The notes: generated by a model from the letters alone, not told the origin. A DNA stretch of 57,726 nt, filler included, from Sphacelaria rigidula (GCA_964200075.2; 7 parts of 7 records of this genome joined end to end with filler, not necessarily neighbours in it); one strand, 5' to 3'. Shown: positions 1 to 12,899, counted from the whole stretch's first letter. Made by a program: numbers and translations.

Positions 1-2521
1 AGGGAAGACAGTTCACATCCTTGTCGCAGTCCCTGTGTGACTTCAAACCACTCCGAGAGCTCCCCGTCGTCCATACGTACGCGGGCCTGCATACCATCGT
101 GGAATTGGCGGATAACTGCTATCATCTCATCCGGAATACCAGCTCGGGTCAGTACCTGCCACAGAAGCTCTCGGTCGACCGAGTCATACGCCTTCTGGAG
201 ATCGACGAAGCACATGTGCAGCGGTATTTTCCGCCACCGTCCCAGCTCCTGGAGTCGGCGCACGACGAACAGCATGTCGGTAGTGGATCGGTCAGGTCGG
301 AAGCCGCACTGTTCCTCCGGTCATATCCCTTGCGTTTCGCTGTAGTCGCTGAGGCGGTTGGCCACTATCTTCAGGAGCACTTTCCCTGCGTGCGATACCA
401 GAGAGATCCCCCTGTAGTTATTGCAGTTGGACCGGTCCGATTTCTTGTATCACACCTTGATGGTTGCATCTTTCCACTCCTGCGGGACCTCCCCTCCGTT
501 CCTCACCCCGACGAGAATTGTATGGAAGCGTTCGAGGACGATGGGCTCGGCGCGGCCGTCGATCTTGAGTAGCTCCAGAGGGAGGGAGTCGTGTCCTGGC
601 GCATTCCAGTTGTGCGTCCCCCGGACTGCCCCTCTGGTTTCCTCCAGTGTTGGTGCTGCCCGAGCGGTATTGAATCCCCGGTGGTTGACGCTGCCGGTCG
701 CTGCTTCACCTCCTCGATGGTGGCTGGGTTCAGCGTGGGCGATTCGGCGTTGAGCAGGGTGCGGAAGAATCTCGCCCACCGTTTGAGGATGACAATTTTG
801 TTCCTCAGTAGGACGCCGTTCTCGTCCTTTATGAATTACTGCCCCCCGGATTGCCTTCCAAGACCCACCGATCTCTTGAGGTGTTTGTACAGGCCTCTCA
901 TGTCGCCATCCTTGCAGGTCGCTTCTAGCCTTGCCACATACCTCTCCAGATGTGCATAGATGCCGCCATCTATTTCTGTACGCACGTTCTTACACGCGGC
1001 ACTGAGTGCTTGCCACGGTGCTGGGGTCCGGTGACGCTTCATCAGTTGGCGTGCCTCCCGTCGTTTGACGAGCGCTGCTTCCACTGTTGCTCTCGTGCCG
1101 GAGTTTTCACACCATTCTGGCATACGTGGTATCCGTACCTCTTCCGGGAGTACTGTCTGCGCTGCTTCGAGGATAGCTTCGGTAAAATCTTTCGCGGCCG
1201 CCGGTGCGGTGGTGATTGGCTGGTATTTTTTCTCGGCGAGGTTATATAGGAACCTCTCGGTCACGTGCCATCTTGCCATTTCGGCCTGCAGCTGCTGTCG
1301 ACTGAATTGCCGCTGCTTCGACTTGGTGCGTACTTGGCGGTTGTGGGCAAGGCGGCCACCAAGATCGACAGTGGCCACCACCATGTTGTGGTCCGAGTCT
1401 GCTTTGGTCGAGGGTGCGGGTTGGGGGTGTACGACTACGTTGCGCACTCTACCTCGGTGTGCCTGCCGGGTAAGGATGTAGTCTATGCGCTTGAAGTCGC
1501 TCGTGCGATTCCCCACAACACCATTGTATATGTGCGAGATTCCGCCTTTGCGCGTGCTAAAGAAGGTGTTCGTGATGGCTAGTTTGTTCTCGGTTGCGAA
1601 AGTTAGCAGAAGTTTGCCGTTATCGTTCAGCTCATCACGTCCATATGCGCCTAGGACCCCTTCGTCCTCTAAGCCCTCTCCTACTTTGTCCCCCGTCCGC
1701 GCGTTGGCATCCATCAATACGTACACACCTTCCTCCGAGGGGATTCGCCCTACGAGATCGTCAAACCCATCCCAGAACGCTTGTTTCGTTTCGTTCTTGA
1801 CGACTTCAGTTGGTGCATACGCGGCTACGAAATTGATTGCTCCGCTCTGCCCCGATATTTCAAACCGCTTTGCCATGAGGCGCTCGTCAACGTACTCAGT
1901 GGTATAGGTGGCGTTATTGCAAATCGAATCTTTCACGGCTATTCCCACACCGTGTTGCCCACCTGACTCGCTCCCACAGCAAAAGACTCTGAACCCTGCT
2001 TCTGTACAGTATGTTCGTCCCGCCCTTCGTGTCTCCTGCAGTCCTACCACCGAGATCTTAAGTCTCACAGCCTCGTACAAGACGCTGTAGTCTCGCCCCC
2101 ATCCGTTGGCCCCTTTCACAGCTAGAGTTCGGACATTGTAAGTGGCTACCTTAACAAGTTGACTCCGCTGTCTCGCCCGGGCTACTCGTGCTGCTTTCCT
2201 AGCAAGCCTCCGCCTCGCCCGGCCCCTCCTCCTCTTTTTCCTGCCCTTTTTTATTTGTTTTATTTTTATCGCGTTTTGGACTCTCTGGCTATTGCTAGCC
2301 CGGTGCTCGTCTTTTCTCACAGGCAGGTGGAACTTTGCTGCTCTGTCCGACTCTACTCCTTCCTCGCTCCTGGTGTGCGTACCCACGCGATGTGCAGCCC
2401 CTTCATTCCTGTCTAGGCTGTCCCCACTGCGCTCTCTGCTGCTGCATAGCCCTGGTGTCCAGACCAGTGCTTTGGCGTTTAGTCGCATGCCGCCGCCGAG
2501 TTGTTCCGAAACGAAGCACAC
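1..2521 (-). mobile_element. Non-LTR retrotransposon (RTE-like LINE), APE endonuclease plus reverse transcriptase, decayed; runs off the contig start
   Basis: ORF 836..2521 has APE motifs (VATYNVRTL, VGLQETR, AAYAPT, MDANAR, RIDYIL, SDHNMV). Below 836 the reading continues through stops and a frameshift into RT motifs ([67 protein letters not shown]). The single-ORF layout is typical of RTE. Confidence 0.93.
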
Positions 2522-2974
2522 GCCACTCTCGTCATCGTGGTGCCTCTTATCTTCCTGACTTGGTCTCCCCGTCGATACGAGGCTCGGGCTCGTGTCTCCG
2601 CCGTCGTTAGATGATCTTTGGATGGTGATCTGAGATCACAGGCGGACTTCTGCCCACCCCAGTATGGGCAGTCGGGGGAAGGAGGTGGTATCTGGAAAAT
2701 TTAGTGCGATATGAGTCACACTGTGTCTCACGACCTCTGTATCTCCTATCGCCCCAAACTCAGAATCCACGTCGACACGATGCTCGGGCTCGTGTCCTTT
2801 GCCTTTCCCTGCTCCGCCTTCGTTGGTTTGGTGGTCTTTGTGTGTGGGCTAAGATCACGAGCGGTCCTCGGCCTATCCCCGCGGAGGGGAGGCCAGGAGG
2901 AAGGGAAGTCGTTAATTTCGCTTTTCGCGTGTGTTCAGGGTGCTCGGGGGAAACTCGGGAATAAATGTACCCTA

Positions 2975-4152
2975 CGAGCTGGGCCAGCCTGAAGGTGGAT
3001 TTGAAGTGCGCAGGCGAATGCGCCGGCCAACAATTAGAGTTGGAGCGTAAGATTTGGTGTGGACAATGCATAGGGCATGGAAGAACATATGAAAGAAGCT
3101 CCAAAAGTGTTTTTTTTCGTGAATTAAGGGCATTTTACTGATACCTGAAAACTGATTATTGCCCTGAACTCACGAAAAAAAACCTTCTGGTGCTTCTTCA
3201 ATATTTTTTATGCCCTACGCATTGTCCGTTCCCAATTTTACGCTCCAACTCAAAATATTCGCCGGCGCATTCGCCTCTGAAAAACCGGGTCGGTAGAAAT
3301 CCGGAACAGTGTTTCGCAGGCCACTCAGCGGCCCACCTTCGGTTTTTGTGTACTGAAATTTTGTGTGGGCCCTCGCTAGGGCATAATTAACAATTTTCAG
3401 TGGGTCACTTTATTATTATTATTTATCACTGGTTTACGGCGTTTTAGCATGGTAACGACCATTTTTTTACGAGAACGCCCGAACCTCTCCCAAAAATAAT
3501 AATTGAAGGCCCATTTTGTTTTTCGGGAGAGGTTCGGACGTCCTCCATCCTAAGTTTCACATCACAATTTGAAAAATTGAGCTGACAAATTGAGATAAGG
3601 CCCAAGAGCAATGTTCTTCTCTCCTCAAAACTCCCCTAAAAACTTCAAAAGGTGTGGGGGGGAAAAACGAAAAAAAGTACAAAGCTGTTTTTCAATTTCA
3701 TAATGCACTACCGAATTTCATAGCACAATTATCAAAAACTGAGACGCAATATCCATATTAAGAGCATATAGTGCCTCTGCTTGTAATATATTGATTTTAG
3801 TATTGAACCTTATGTGCGCCATAACTCGAGATAGATTACGAATTGAGTGAAGTTGAGGGTGTCTATCGTCTCCCCGTGCTCCAGGGAAGGTCCACACCGA
3901 AAATCGTCCTCATCCGCGGGATGCATCGTTCGGGGTTTCATGTAGATTTTAGTGTGGTCCGTACCGTATAGGAATTACTAGACATGGAGTTTAATCAACG
4001 AGAGAAAATTGGCCGAGATTTTTGAGCAGATGTGCGCCTTCCCCTTGATTGAACGCTTGATACGATATGCGGATCATGGCCCAACTCATATATGTCGATG
4101 AGATATTGCTTTGAGATCTTAAACCGTTCCGTTTTTAGGCTGGCCCAGCTCG
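2975..4152. mobile_element. Non-autonomous DNA transposon (Tc1/mariner-like) with TA target duplication
   Basis: Terminal inverted repeats CGAGCTGGGCCAGCCT (2975) and AGGCTGGCCCAGCTCG (ends 4152), with TA on both sides. The same TIR bounds 55755..56349. Confidence 0.75.
3011..3277. repeat. Foldback inverted repeat with ~120-bp arms
   Basis: GGCGAATGCGCCGG...GTTGGAGCGTAA...TTTTTTTCGTGA is mirrored by TCACGAAAAAAA...TTACGCTCCAAC...CCGGCGCATTCGCC. The ORF track shows mirror peptides on opposite strands. Confidence 0.85.
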
Positions 4153-4239
4153 TACTATATATTTGGTCATGTTCACAAGGCGACTGAATCTAGCAACGCT
4201 GTGGGACGAGAGACGGAGCTACAGGCATGGGTTCTGCGT

Positions 4240-4447
4240 ATCCCCCCCCTCCCCCCTTTTTTCCCTCACACTTCGAACCCCTCCCCTTCCTCGGGATGAG
4301 TCCGTGGTCACAAGGGATCAACCCATCTCTCCCCCGGTACGGGCCTTTCATTTTGGTCTCGCGGATGATGAAACTCAACGCATCGGGAATCGAACCCCCG
4401 TTCTCTCCACCCTATTGGCGACAGTCGGACCATTACACCACCGGGGC
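4240..4447 (-). mobile_element. tRNA-derived SINE-like element
   Basis: Minus-strand head GCCCCGGTGGTGTAATGGT (A box) ... GGGGGTTCGATTCCCG (B box). There is no closing acceptor stem, and an unrelated body and purine-rich tail follow. Confidence 0.65.
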
Positions 4448-4989
4448 GGCCTCTGTCGAGGCGAGACAAACGGCGGTGAGGTCGTATGTGATCGAGGGGA
4501 ACGAACAAGCTGTGTATAGGCAGCTGATCTCGTCGCGGAGAACTGCCCAGAACGTGTGAGGGAGTTTGCAGCGGCAGCTGCTTCTGCATTCGAAGAGGTG
4601 TACTGTACTATGTGTATGTGCCGCGCAACGCTCATGCCGTTCGAAGAGAATTTGCCTCTTGCAACGAAGAGGGAAAATGTGGCCCACCCCGACCACAAAG
4701 GGCTGTGTAGCAAGGTGATGGGGACAATATCCAAGTGGAAGCTCTCCACGGCGACTCATACCGCTTGATACATCTGTACATTACCTGATGCGCACAGCAC
4801 CCGAATTACAGTACAGTTTGTACCTGCACCTGGAAATACATCGGATGAAACTTTCGGTCTTCCTCTAAACCTGCGGTCACATACATACGTGAATTTTGAG
4901 CAACATGAAGCCACTGTTTCATGCATAGGCAGAGCACGTCATTCCCAACCAGCCTCATTGATCGTTCGGGAGGCCCAGTCCCAAAAGGG

Positions 4990-5433
4990 TTAACTCTTTG
5001 AGAACCCATTGACGGTTATTCTTTTTGTGAATCGGCATCATTTTGACTCGAAAATGAATGAAAATGATGCCGATTCCCAAAAACAAAAACCGTCAACGTG
5101 TTCCGAGAGGGTTAATCCTTGGACCGCAAGGACGGCAGCCCATCTGGATCACGCATACTTTTTCAGGTGGAATCGATGCCGATTCAACAGGTGACCTACT
5201 CTCGACGTCTAAGGATTAACCCTTAGACCGCGATGCTGGTAGTCCATCTGGATCACGCATACTTTTTTCTAGTGAAGACTGATGCCGACTGAGCAGGTGG
5301 GTGACCTACCCTCTCGCGGACGAGGGGTTAACCCTTAGACCGCGAGATTAGTCTTTCTGGATCATGCATATTTTTTTTCACTTGAAATTGATGCCGATTC
5401 AACAGAAGACTAACCTCGCGGTCCAAGGGTTAA
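4990..5433. mobile_element. Head-to-tail train of four piggyBac-like MITEs separated by single TTAA sites
   Basis: TTAA at 4990, 5112, 5216, 5328 and 5430. Units of 118, 100, 108 and 98 bp start with variants of CCCTT and end with variants of AAGGG (e.g. CCCTTAGACCGCG...CGCGGTCCAAGGG). Confidence 0.8.
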
Positions 5434-6007
5434 AGTGTTACCCAACTAGTTGCCTACAGACAAGTACTGGATAAGAAACCTGCGCAACTGGCCGCCTGCA
5501 GACAACCATTAGCTGTGAAACCTGCACCACCGTCGATTTGAGCTCTGGCAACAGCAGACCTAAGGAAATGTACGTAAACAATGGTTTGTACTCGATTTTA
5601 CTTGATTTCAGATTGATAAAAGTTCTGAGAAAATTCATGATTCGGGGCAGGTAGGCAGTGGTAAGCAGTAGACCCAGCTTGTCCAGAACGTGTTTTGGTC
5701 CAAAATCGACTCAAAGGCGTCGATTTGAGCTCTGGCAACGCACACTTTACTAAGAAAAACTATTTTGCACCTCCCTTGCCTGAGGGTTCTTGGTATGCCT
5801 TCGTAAGGGTTAGGGCTACTTTATACCTGTGTAAGTGCCCAAATTTGAACCTGTATTCCCTACAAATACAACCTTGGAACATTTCGTGCAATTAGTTGCC
5901 TGTAGACAACTTATACCTTATTTTGAATAATTAGCCTGTGACCACGGAAGGCGTCCGCATCAGATGCCAAGTGCAGATATCGAAACGGTTTTGGAATGTA
6001 AAGGCCA

Positions 6008-6098
6008 CGACAACAACCACAACACCAACAGCAACACCAACAGCAACAGCAACAGCAACAACACCAAGAGCAACAACAACAACAATAACACCAAGAGC

Positions 6099-6158
<60 letters not shown>

Positions 6159-6386
6159 AATAACAGACAACAACACCAGACAACAACAACAACAATAACA
6201 GACAACAATAACAACAATAACAACAACAGACAACAATAACAACAATAACAACAATAACAATAACTATAACAACAACAGACAACAGACAACAACAACAACG
6301 AGAACAAGAACAACAATAACTATAACAACAACAGACAACAGACAACAACAACGAGAACAAAAACAAGAACAAGAACAACAATAACT

Positions 6387-6430
<44 letters not shown>

Positions 6431-6436
6431 AACTAT

Positions 6437-6470
<34 letters not shown>

Positions 6471-6690
6471 GGAATAGGAACAACAACAATAACAATAACA
6501 ATAACAATAACAATAACAATAACAATAACAATAACAATAACTATAACAACAACAGACAACAGGGACAACAACAACAGCAGACAACAAGAACAACAACAGG
6601 AACAACAACAACAACAGACAACAACAACAACAACAACAACAGGAATAGGAACAATAACAACAACAGACAACAACAACAGACAACAACAAC
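6008..6690. repeat. Compound (CAA)n/(AACAAT)n microsatellite
   Basis: About 680 bp of CAA/AAC repeats with AAT, CAG and GAA variants. It produces spurious poly-T/N/C/L/V ORFs. Confidence 0.97.
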
Positions 6691-8162
6691 AGACAGCTGT
6701 TACCGATTGGAGAAACCTGTGCAGCTATGTGCCGTTGTAGCCGCCTGTCGACAACTTTCGGCCGATAATTTCGCGTGATTGCTGTATTAATAGTTGCAAC
6801 AGCATTAGTGTATACCAGATCGGAAGCAAAAACCAGATCCGGATCTACGCACCGACTACTATGCAAAGTTTACTTGGCTTTTACTCCACTCAGTTCCCTG
6901 GGATGCAGGGAGAACTCTCGTGCCATGGCCTGGTACGCCATGCCGCAACGTGTTTGTACAGGCGCCGATTTGAGCTAAAACAACACCCCCTTCTTACGGA
7001 ACCATATGTGATCATGGATCACTTTTCGATCAAGGGTACTTCGGCAGCCGTCCAGGCCGAAGTCTCTCGGGCCCAATTCTAAAGCTGAATCGAGAAAAAA
7101 ACGCATTCCGATCTTGTTCCGACTGGAAATTTGCCTCTAGATATTTTAATCCCCCTTTCACTGGAGAATGATCATACTACATTCCAGATTACCCATTCTT
7201 GATATTCAAGACGAGTTGTTATGAAAGAAATCTACGCTGGCGAATAAGTGGGGGGAAAAGGACGTTGGGTCCGAGTCGATTAAGTCCAGCTTCGCAAAAA
7301 ACGCCAAATAAAGTCTCAGCATCATTTGGACCGACGGGTCCTGACGCATTCATTTGAATTTAGCACAACTTATGGGCTGATGTCAGGCTTTTGCTTCTTA
7401 TCCTTTCATATCACTCGCATAATTTATGCGTTCTTGCTTTTCGGTTTCTTGCATACTAAAATCAAGTAATTGTATCGCCTCAGCGGGGTTTCCGCTTCAA
7501 AATGACCCCATTTTGAACGAGACGCATAACTGTTTTGGAAAAAAGAAAGACATAAGAAGCGAAACCTCGCTAATGTTTCCCTCATTTTGTTTCGACTGTT
7601 TCAGTAAATTCAAGACCTCATCCAGAGCCAATTAGTGCACGGAATGTACAACTGTATGGAAAACATGTTCAATGTCCAATACATTGGCAATACCTCATGT
7701 GGAGTTTGGGCCCACGCTTTTCCAAAGATGGGAAAGTAGCCGTCCCCGGTAGTGGTATCCATCGTTTTGTCCTGTCACAAAGAAAGGTGGTGCCCCTGAC
7801 TATCCTAGGGGTGCACAGTAAGGGTGTCGACGTTTTGACGACACCTCTCACGCGTTCAAAAGCATCATGTAGTCAGCCCGGAACCGGATATCGCGTCAAA
7901 TAACACTCCCCCCCCCGGGTGAGGGTGTTGAGGGAGGAAATACGCTCATGTCATGGTCGGGGAGGGGGGAAGGGGTAGTCTCAAATCAACAAGTAGGGTG
8001 CATAAGTTCTAGTGACCACTCGCGTGTTTAGGGACATCGCTGTTCGTATTTGACAGGCCCTGGCGGTAGAGCATAACCCCAACCCATACTTAGGGAGGGG
8101 GGGGGTGTACTCATGATCATGCATGTCATAGTCATCAGACCATTGATCTTGCATCTCTATAA

Positions 8163-8262
8163 NNNNNNNNNNNNNNNNNNNNNNNNNNNNNNNNNNNNNN
8201 NNNNNNTTAATTAATTAANNNNNNNNNNNNNNNNNNNNNNNNNNNNNNNNNNNNNNNNNNNN
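8163..8262. other. Artificial contig spacer (N run with TTAATTAATTAA)
   Basis: 100-bp spacer with a central six-frame stop linker. Identical spacers lie at 16424-16523, 24685-24784, 32946-33045, 41207-41306 and 49467-49566. Confidence 0.98.
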
Positions 8263-9425
8263 CGGTATCGGTAGGGTATGAGATGTCCCAAATACCGGTA
8301 CCGGGTACCTACCTTACCTACGGTGCCTGTGGATCATAACTGATATTTTCGCACATGAGCCTGGTGCATGGAACGACACCTCTCGCGAAATCTGTTCGAC
8401 ACCAACTGTCACCTCCTCCGTGACAATCCACGGGAAAATTGCGCCGCTTTTCAGCAATAGCGAGCGCACACGCTCAGTCAATGACACGCACGCACCCTCA
8501 AGCGCGCGCACACCCACAAAAGGACACTGCGCAGCATTCCTGCTGCCCCTGGACGTGCCAAGTTGCTGCAATGCACCAGCTTTGAGGAGAAGACCTCACT
8601 TGATACTTACAGTAGTATGGCCACATGTGCACGCATTCGACTACAGTAGCAGTTGCGCAACACACCTCCCGCTGCTGCAATTGCCATGCGGGTGATGTAG
8701 CGCCGAGGGCAGAACGACACAGTCCGACACAGCTCGAGGGTCTATGTCAAGGCTGCATCATCACACCACAGCGAAATCGTGGGCTTGTACCCGATAAAGG
8801 TTGGGCGTGATAGACTTCCATGCTGTACTGGCGGGAAATCATACCGTTCTGGCGGGAAACTACAGCGATAACAGAAACTTCGTCTTCCGTGGAGGAGGCG
8901 GGCTTGTTGCCAAGGGAGTGGACGGGATGCCGTCGGCCCGTCCTTTTTCACAGTCAATGTTCCACACGCGGGCGACAGCGCTCATCCCCCGGTAATACGC
9001 TCTGTACAACACGACCCTGCGTCTTCTATCAGGCGATCCTATTGGTGGCAAATGGATTTGGTTGCTCTGAACAGACACTGGTCGTTCGGGGCACTCCAAG
9101 CGGCACTACTGCAACGCAGGATGGGGCAGAACACCAAACCAGACATATCGCTTGTTACATGGGTGGGGGGCGGGGGGGGGGCATGGGAGGAGTGCGGTCG
9201 ATCAGACGGTGTATCGGCGGAGGTGGTGGTAAAGGCGGTCGCGATAGAAACGACGGCGGAGGGGGAGGCGGTGGCGAACAGTCGTTGTTATGTTCAAGCT
9301 GCAAGGTGGTGAACCAGGCATCACTCCATCCTACGAAGCGCCGTGTGTTCAACCGTCCCAGAGTACGCGAAGAAAGACATAATCATGGGGGTATAGCGGG
9401 GGGGGGGGGGGGGGGGGGAAGGGGG

Positions 9426-9466
<41 letters not shown>

Positions 9467-10439
9467 ACGGTGGACGGCGGCGGGGGAAGCGGCCGCTAGA
9501 GGGGGGTTAGGGGCGGAGACGGGAGCGGGGACGGGAGCGGCGGCGGGCGCGGTGGCAGGGGGGGGAGGAGGTTGGGCACGGGAATGGGGGCGGCGGCAGC
9601 AGCGGCGGCAGCGGCGGCGGCCGCTGTGGCTGGAGGGTGTATAACTCTACGATTTTTGCGTTCGATGCTTCAGAGGCAAGGCTGAATAGAACTCGTGAGT
9701 TTACCAGAGCACTTTACAATTGTGCGCGCCCTCTGCTTGTACTACGCTATTGGCGCCATCCGCGGTTAAAGGCCGCTTGACTTGTTCAGCTGAAAAATAA
9801 ACGGCACAAGTCGTTTTTCGGTTCGCCCAGAGAAGCCCTACACCGTCGTCCAAGAAGCTGCACGTGAAACGATCGGTTCGGAATCGCCTCGAATTCATTT
9901 ATTCACCATGCTTGTGAATGCTTCCTATTTTTTGTGCAACTTGGCACTCGATACCGTTTCGCCGATATGGGGAGGCAGGGGGGAAGGGAGTGCGGTATCA
10001 TTCACGACGTTGTTGGGGCAAAAAATCAGCTTGGTTTGTCTTGGATATTTATTTGCGATAAAACCCTCAACATAACCGTCTATTGTAGGTTTGACCTGAA
10101 CTTTTTTTGCGAAAAATGCCGTTGTTGGCGAGGTATCTGAAACACAACAACTGAAACGACAACAAGAAAAACAGGTGCGGGATTCATAATCTCCGCCCAC
10201 GAACTCGCCTACCGTAGGTGTTTTACTGTATTTGCCTCGGAAATCCCTAAACCACTGGCTGGTGAGTCGCGTTTTGTTGCTTCTCATGCTGCAATCGCTA
10301 CAATTTGGGGAATATCGATCCACGAGCATGCATACAAGCGAGGGGTTTGTGCAACGTCTGCGACTCCAAGGAAACAATTGCCTGCCAGTAATCTGCTCAT
10401 TGTGACCGCACCCATGGTATAGTAGTCAACCTTTTCAAA

Positions 10440-11240
10440 CAAGGAGACAAGGCTGACCGAGATACTTATAGAGGGATAACACTACTGAGCACGGTAGAGA
10501 ACATATTCCGTATGCTTCTGAACGATAGAGTCGGAACAATGCTAGAAAAGGAAGAAAATAATTGCAAGGGGAAAGCAGGTTTAGACCAAACCGTAGTTGC
10601 GTAGACCATGAATACACACTGGGTAACATTATTCAGGGTAGGAAAGACGCCGGGCTGTTTCTTTCTGTACGTACAAAAGGCTTATGACACAGCATGGAGA
10701 AATGGGCTGTAAAAAAGTTGTGGGAAACTGGGATCAGACAAAACATGTGGAGAATGGTGGAGGTGACAGAATATGCCAAAAGTGCGATGATGCTAGACGG
10801 GAAAATATCGAGATATCTTGATGTCTTACAAGGAGTTGCACAGGATGTACGTTACCACTCTCTTTATCAAAGGTACACATGAAGGACCAGATGATAGCAA
10901 TAGAAGCAGCAAAGCAACAAGTCAAGGTGGGTGAAGATATGGTATCAGGATTAATGTTCGCGGATGATTTCGTGGGGGTATCAGGAACACCAGTAGGATT
11001 GCAGAAACAAATAGAGAAGGCGCTAGAAAGCACTAGGAAATAGAGAGTGAAAGCGAACGTGAACAAGTGCGGGGTACTCGTCAGTAACGAAGATAAGAAA
11101 CATCCGGTAGAGTTCAAGTAGAAGTGGGGAGAAGAGGAACTACCGATCGTAGACCAGTATACATATCATTTTGTAGACATGTAAAAAAAGTGTTCGTGGG
11201 ATGCACACATCAATAAAGTAATAGAAAAGTGCGAAAGGAT
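10440..11240 (+). mobile_element. Degenerate LINE reverse transcriptase fragment (second family)
   Basis: Frameshifted RT motifs: AGFRPNRSCVDH, QKAYDTAWRNGL, LQGVAQGC, GLMFADDFVG, KANVNKC, EELPIVDQYTY, SWDAHINKVIEK. Confidence 0.88.
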
Positions 11241-12089
11241 GAAGGTTCGGAAATATTTGACATCATGAAGCATAAAAACTTGCAGAGGAGTCCAACAGAA
11301 CAACAAAAAACGACAGACCAGAACCCGTTTAACATTGTGACCAACATTTTGAATATGTCGCAACTGGGCGTACGTATATCGAGTTTTTCGACGACCGTAT
11401 TCATTCCCAGCGCATTGACGTCGGGAGCGTACGTATAAGATTTCAGGTCAAAGCTTTTCCCGTTGGGCCGCACATGCCACTTTTCTTCGTGAAACCGGTG
11501 CACCCCGTGGCCTACCTAGTATAAGAGGCTTCCACGAGGGTGGAACGTCTCACTAAAAATCCGAGGATATTTATTATGTCTCGAAAAAACATCTTGTTGA
11601 AAACTGCCCTTTTCGCCCTTCTCCGTCATTTTACGCCCGAAACGAGGGCTAGACTGGTGTTGACACCTCGCAATGGCTTGCTCTACTAGTTGAAACCGTT
11701 CCAGGAGTCATCCTGCAATAGGGGGGGGGGGGGGGGGGGGGGGTTTTGGGGCCACTTCTTGCCGAAAATTCCGGGTCAAAGCGNNNNNNNNNNGGTCAGC
11801 GCGGGCGAGGGTCCGCTCTACGTGAGCAAGGCTTCCCAGGGGCCCCGCCGGGAGGGGGGGGGGGGGGGGAGGGTATTTCGGGCCACTTCTTGCACGAAAT
11901 TCCAGGTCAAATCGTCGTTGAAAGCAGCAACGGTTGTTTGAACGAGCTTGTTACAGATATATAACGCTCATTCATACTGCTCGCCACCGGTTTTAAGCAA
12001 ACACAAGCAAACCGCTGGTGGCAGGTTGTCTGACACACCTATGAGCCTTTTTTCGTGCAATCAAATACCCCCCCCCCCTCCCCCCCTAT

Positions 12090-12665
12090 CGTAAAGTAGA
12101 CGAGGAAGAACACCTGGAGATATACGGGTGATTGAGAGAGGGGATTGGGATGGAAGTATATTTGCATGCCCCAATAGACGCCGCGAAAAATCTGAAACTG
12201 CGATTCCGGGTGGGGAAGTTGGACCTGCCATAAAGAAGAAAGATATATACCGGTCGCCGAAAGGAGGAGAAAGTAGATGGAGAGAACTGCCCCTGTGGCA
12301 AAGGAATAGAGAGCAGAAGTCATATAATGGCAGAATGTCAACTATACAAGGAGGAATGGGATGTGCTAGAGCGGGAAATGCGGGGCGTAAACGAAGTGTC
12401 ATGAAATCGTTTGATGCAGTAGAAATTAGGGAGAAAACGATGGCTATACTCGGAGATGAATGTTGGACACAGGCGGTGAAACAGGACGGGGATAACATGT
12501 AGAGGGTTTTCGTTCAATGTATTGAAGCAACGTAATGAGCGCCGGAATGTTGAATGTGGCTCTATAGGAGTAGGAACGGTGCTCCGTCTCGGAAGGGATG
12601 CGTGGTCAATGGTCAAACGACTGAGGCAAGCAGCACAATAGCACGCCCCCCTCCCCCCCCCCCCC
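12090..12665 (+). mobile_element. 3' end of a LINE (C-terminal CCHC region plus 3' UTR), probably the same element as 10440-11240
   Basis: Translates to ...NLKLRFRVG...NCPCGKGIESRSHIMAECQLYKEE, a CCHC-type knuckle. It ends in GGGATGCGTGGTCAATGGTCAAACGACTGAGGCAAGCA followed by a C-run. Confidence 0.8.
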
Positions 12666-12899
12666 ATCGTAGGATGACTCCCAGGGCATGTTTTCGTTTC
12701 CCGGTGGTCACAGTTTTTTTCTTGACCGAATTTGCATTTTTAGTGACAAACGGTTGGTTACTAAAAAACCAGGGAAAGAAATGTCATTTTTTTAGTATCT
12801 CCACCGTGGTCTGACATGTAATTTTACGAACTGAGGGCATATTTTTTGTCCTGTGTGTTGCCGATCTACAGCAATCTCCGTCGTGTTTTTTTTCTGCAG

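Noticed and set aside
21..2090. Plus-strand ORFs over the LINE
   Set aside because: They are antisense shadows of the LINE coding strand.
4375..4447. tRNA gene
   Set aside because: A and B boxes are present, but there is no proper acceptor or anticodon stem. It is better explained as a SINE head; the same applies to 33650-33725.
5112..5433. CRISPR-like array
   Set aside because: The 'spacers' are homologous to each other, the units have TIRs and TTAA junctions, the context is eukaryotic, and there are no cas genes.
5911..6866. Poly-Cys/Leu/Val/Thr/Asn ORFs
   Set aside because: They are translations of the CAA microsatellite.
8207..8218. TTAATTAATTAA recurring every ~8.26 kb as a biological periodic motif
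   Set aside because: It is embedded in N runs and is a synthetic six-frame-stop linker.
8820..9644. 274-aa Gly-rich ORF
   Set aside because: It is driven by poly-G tracts, with no domain or splice support.
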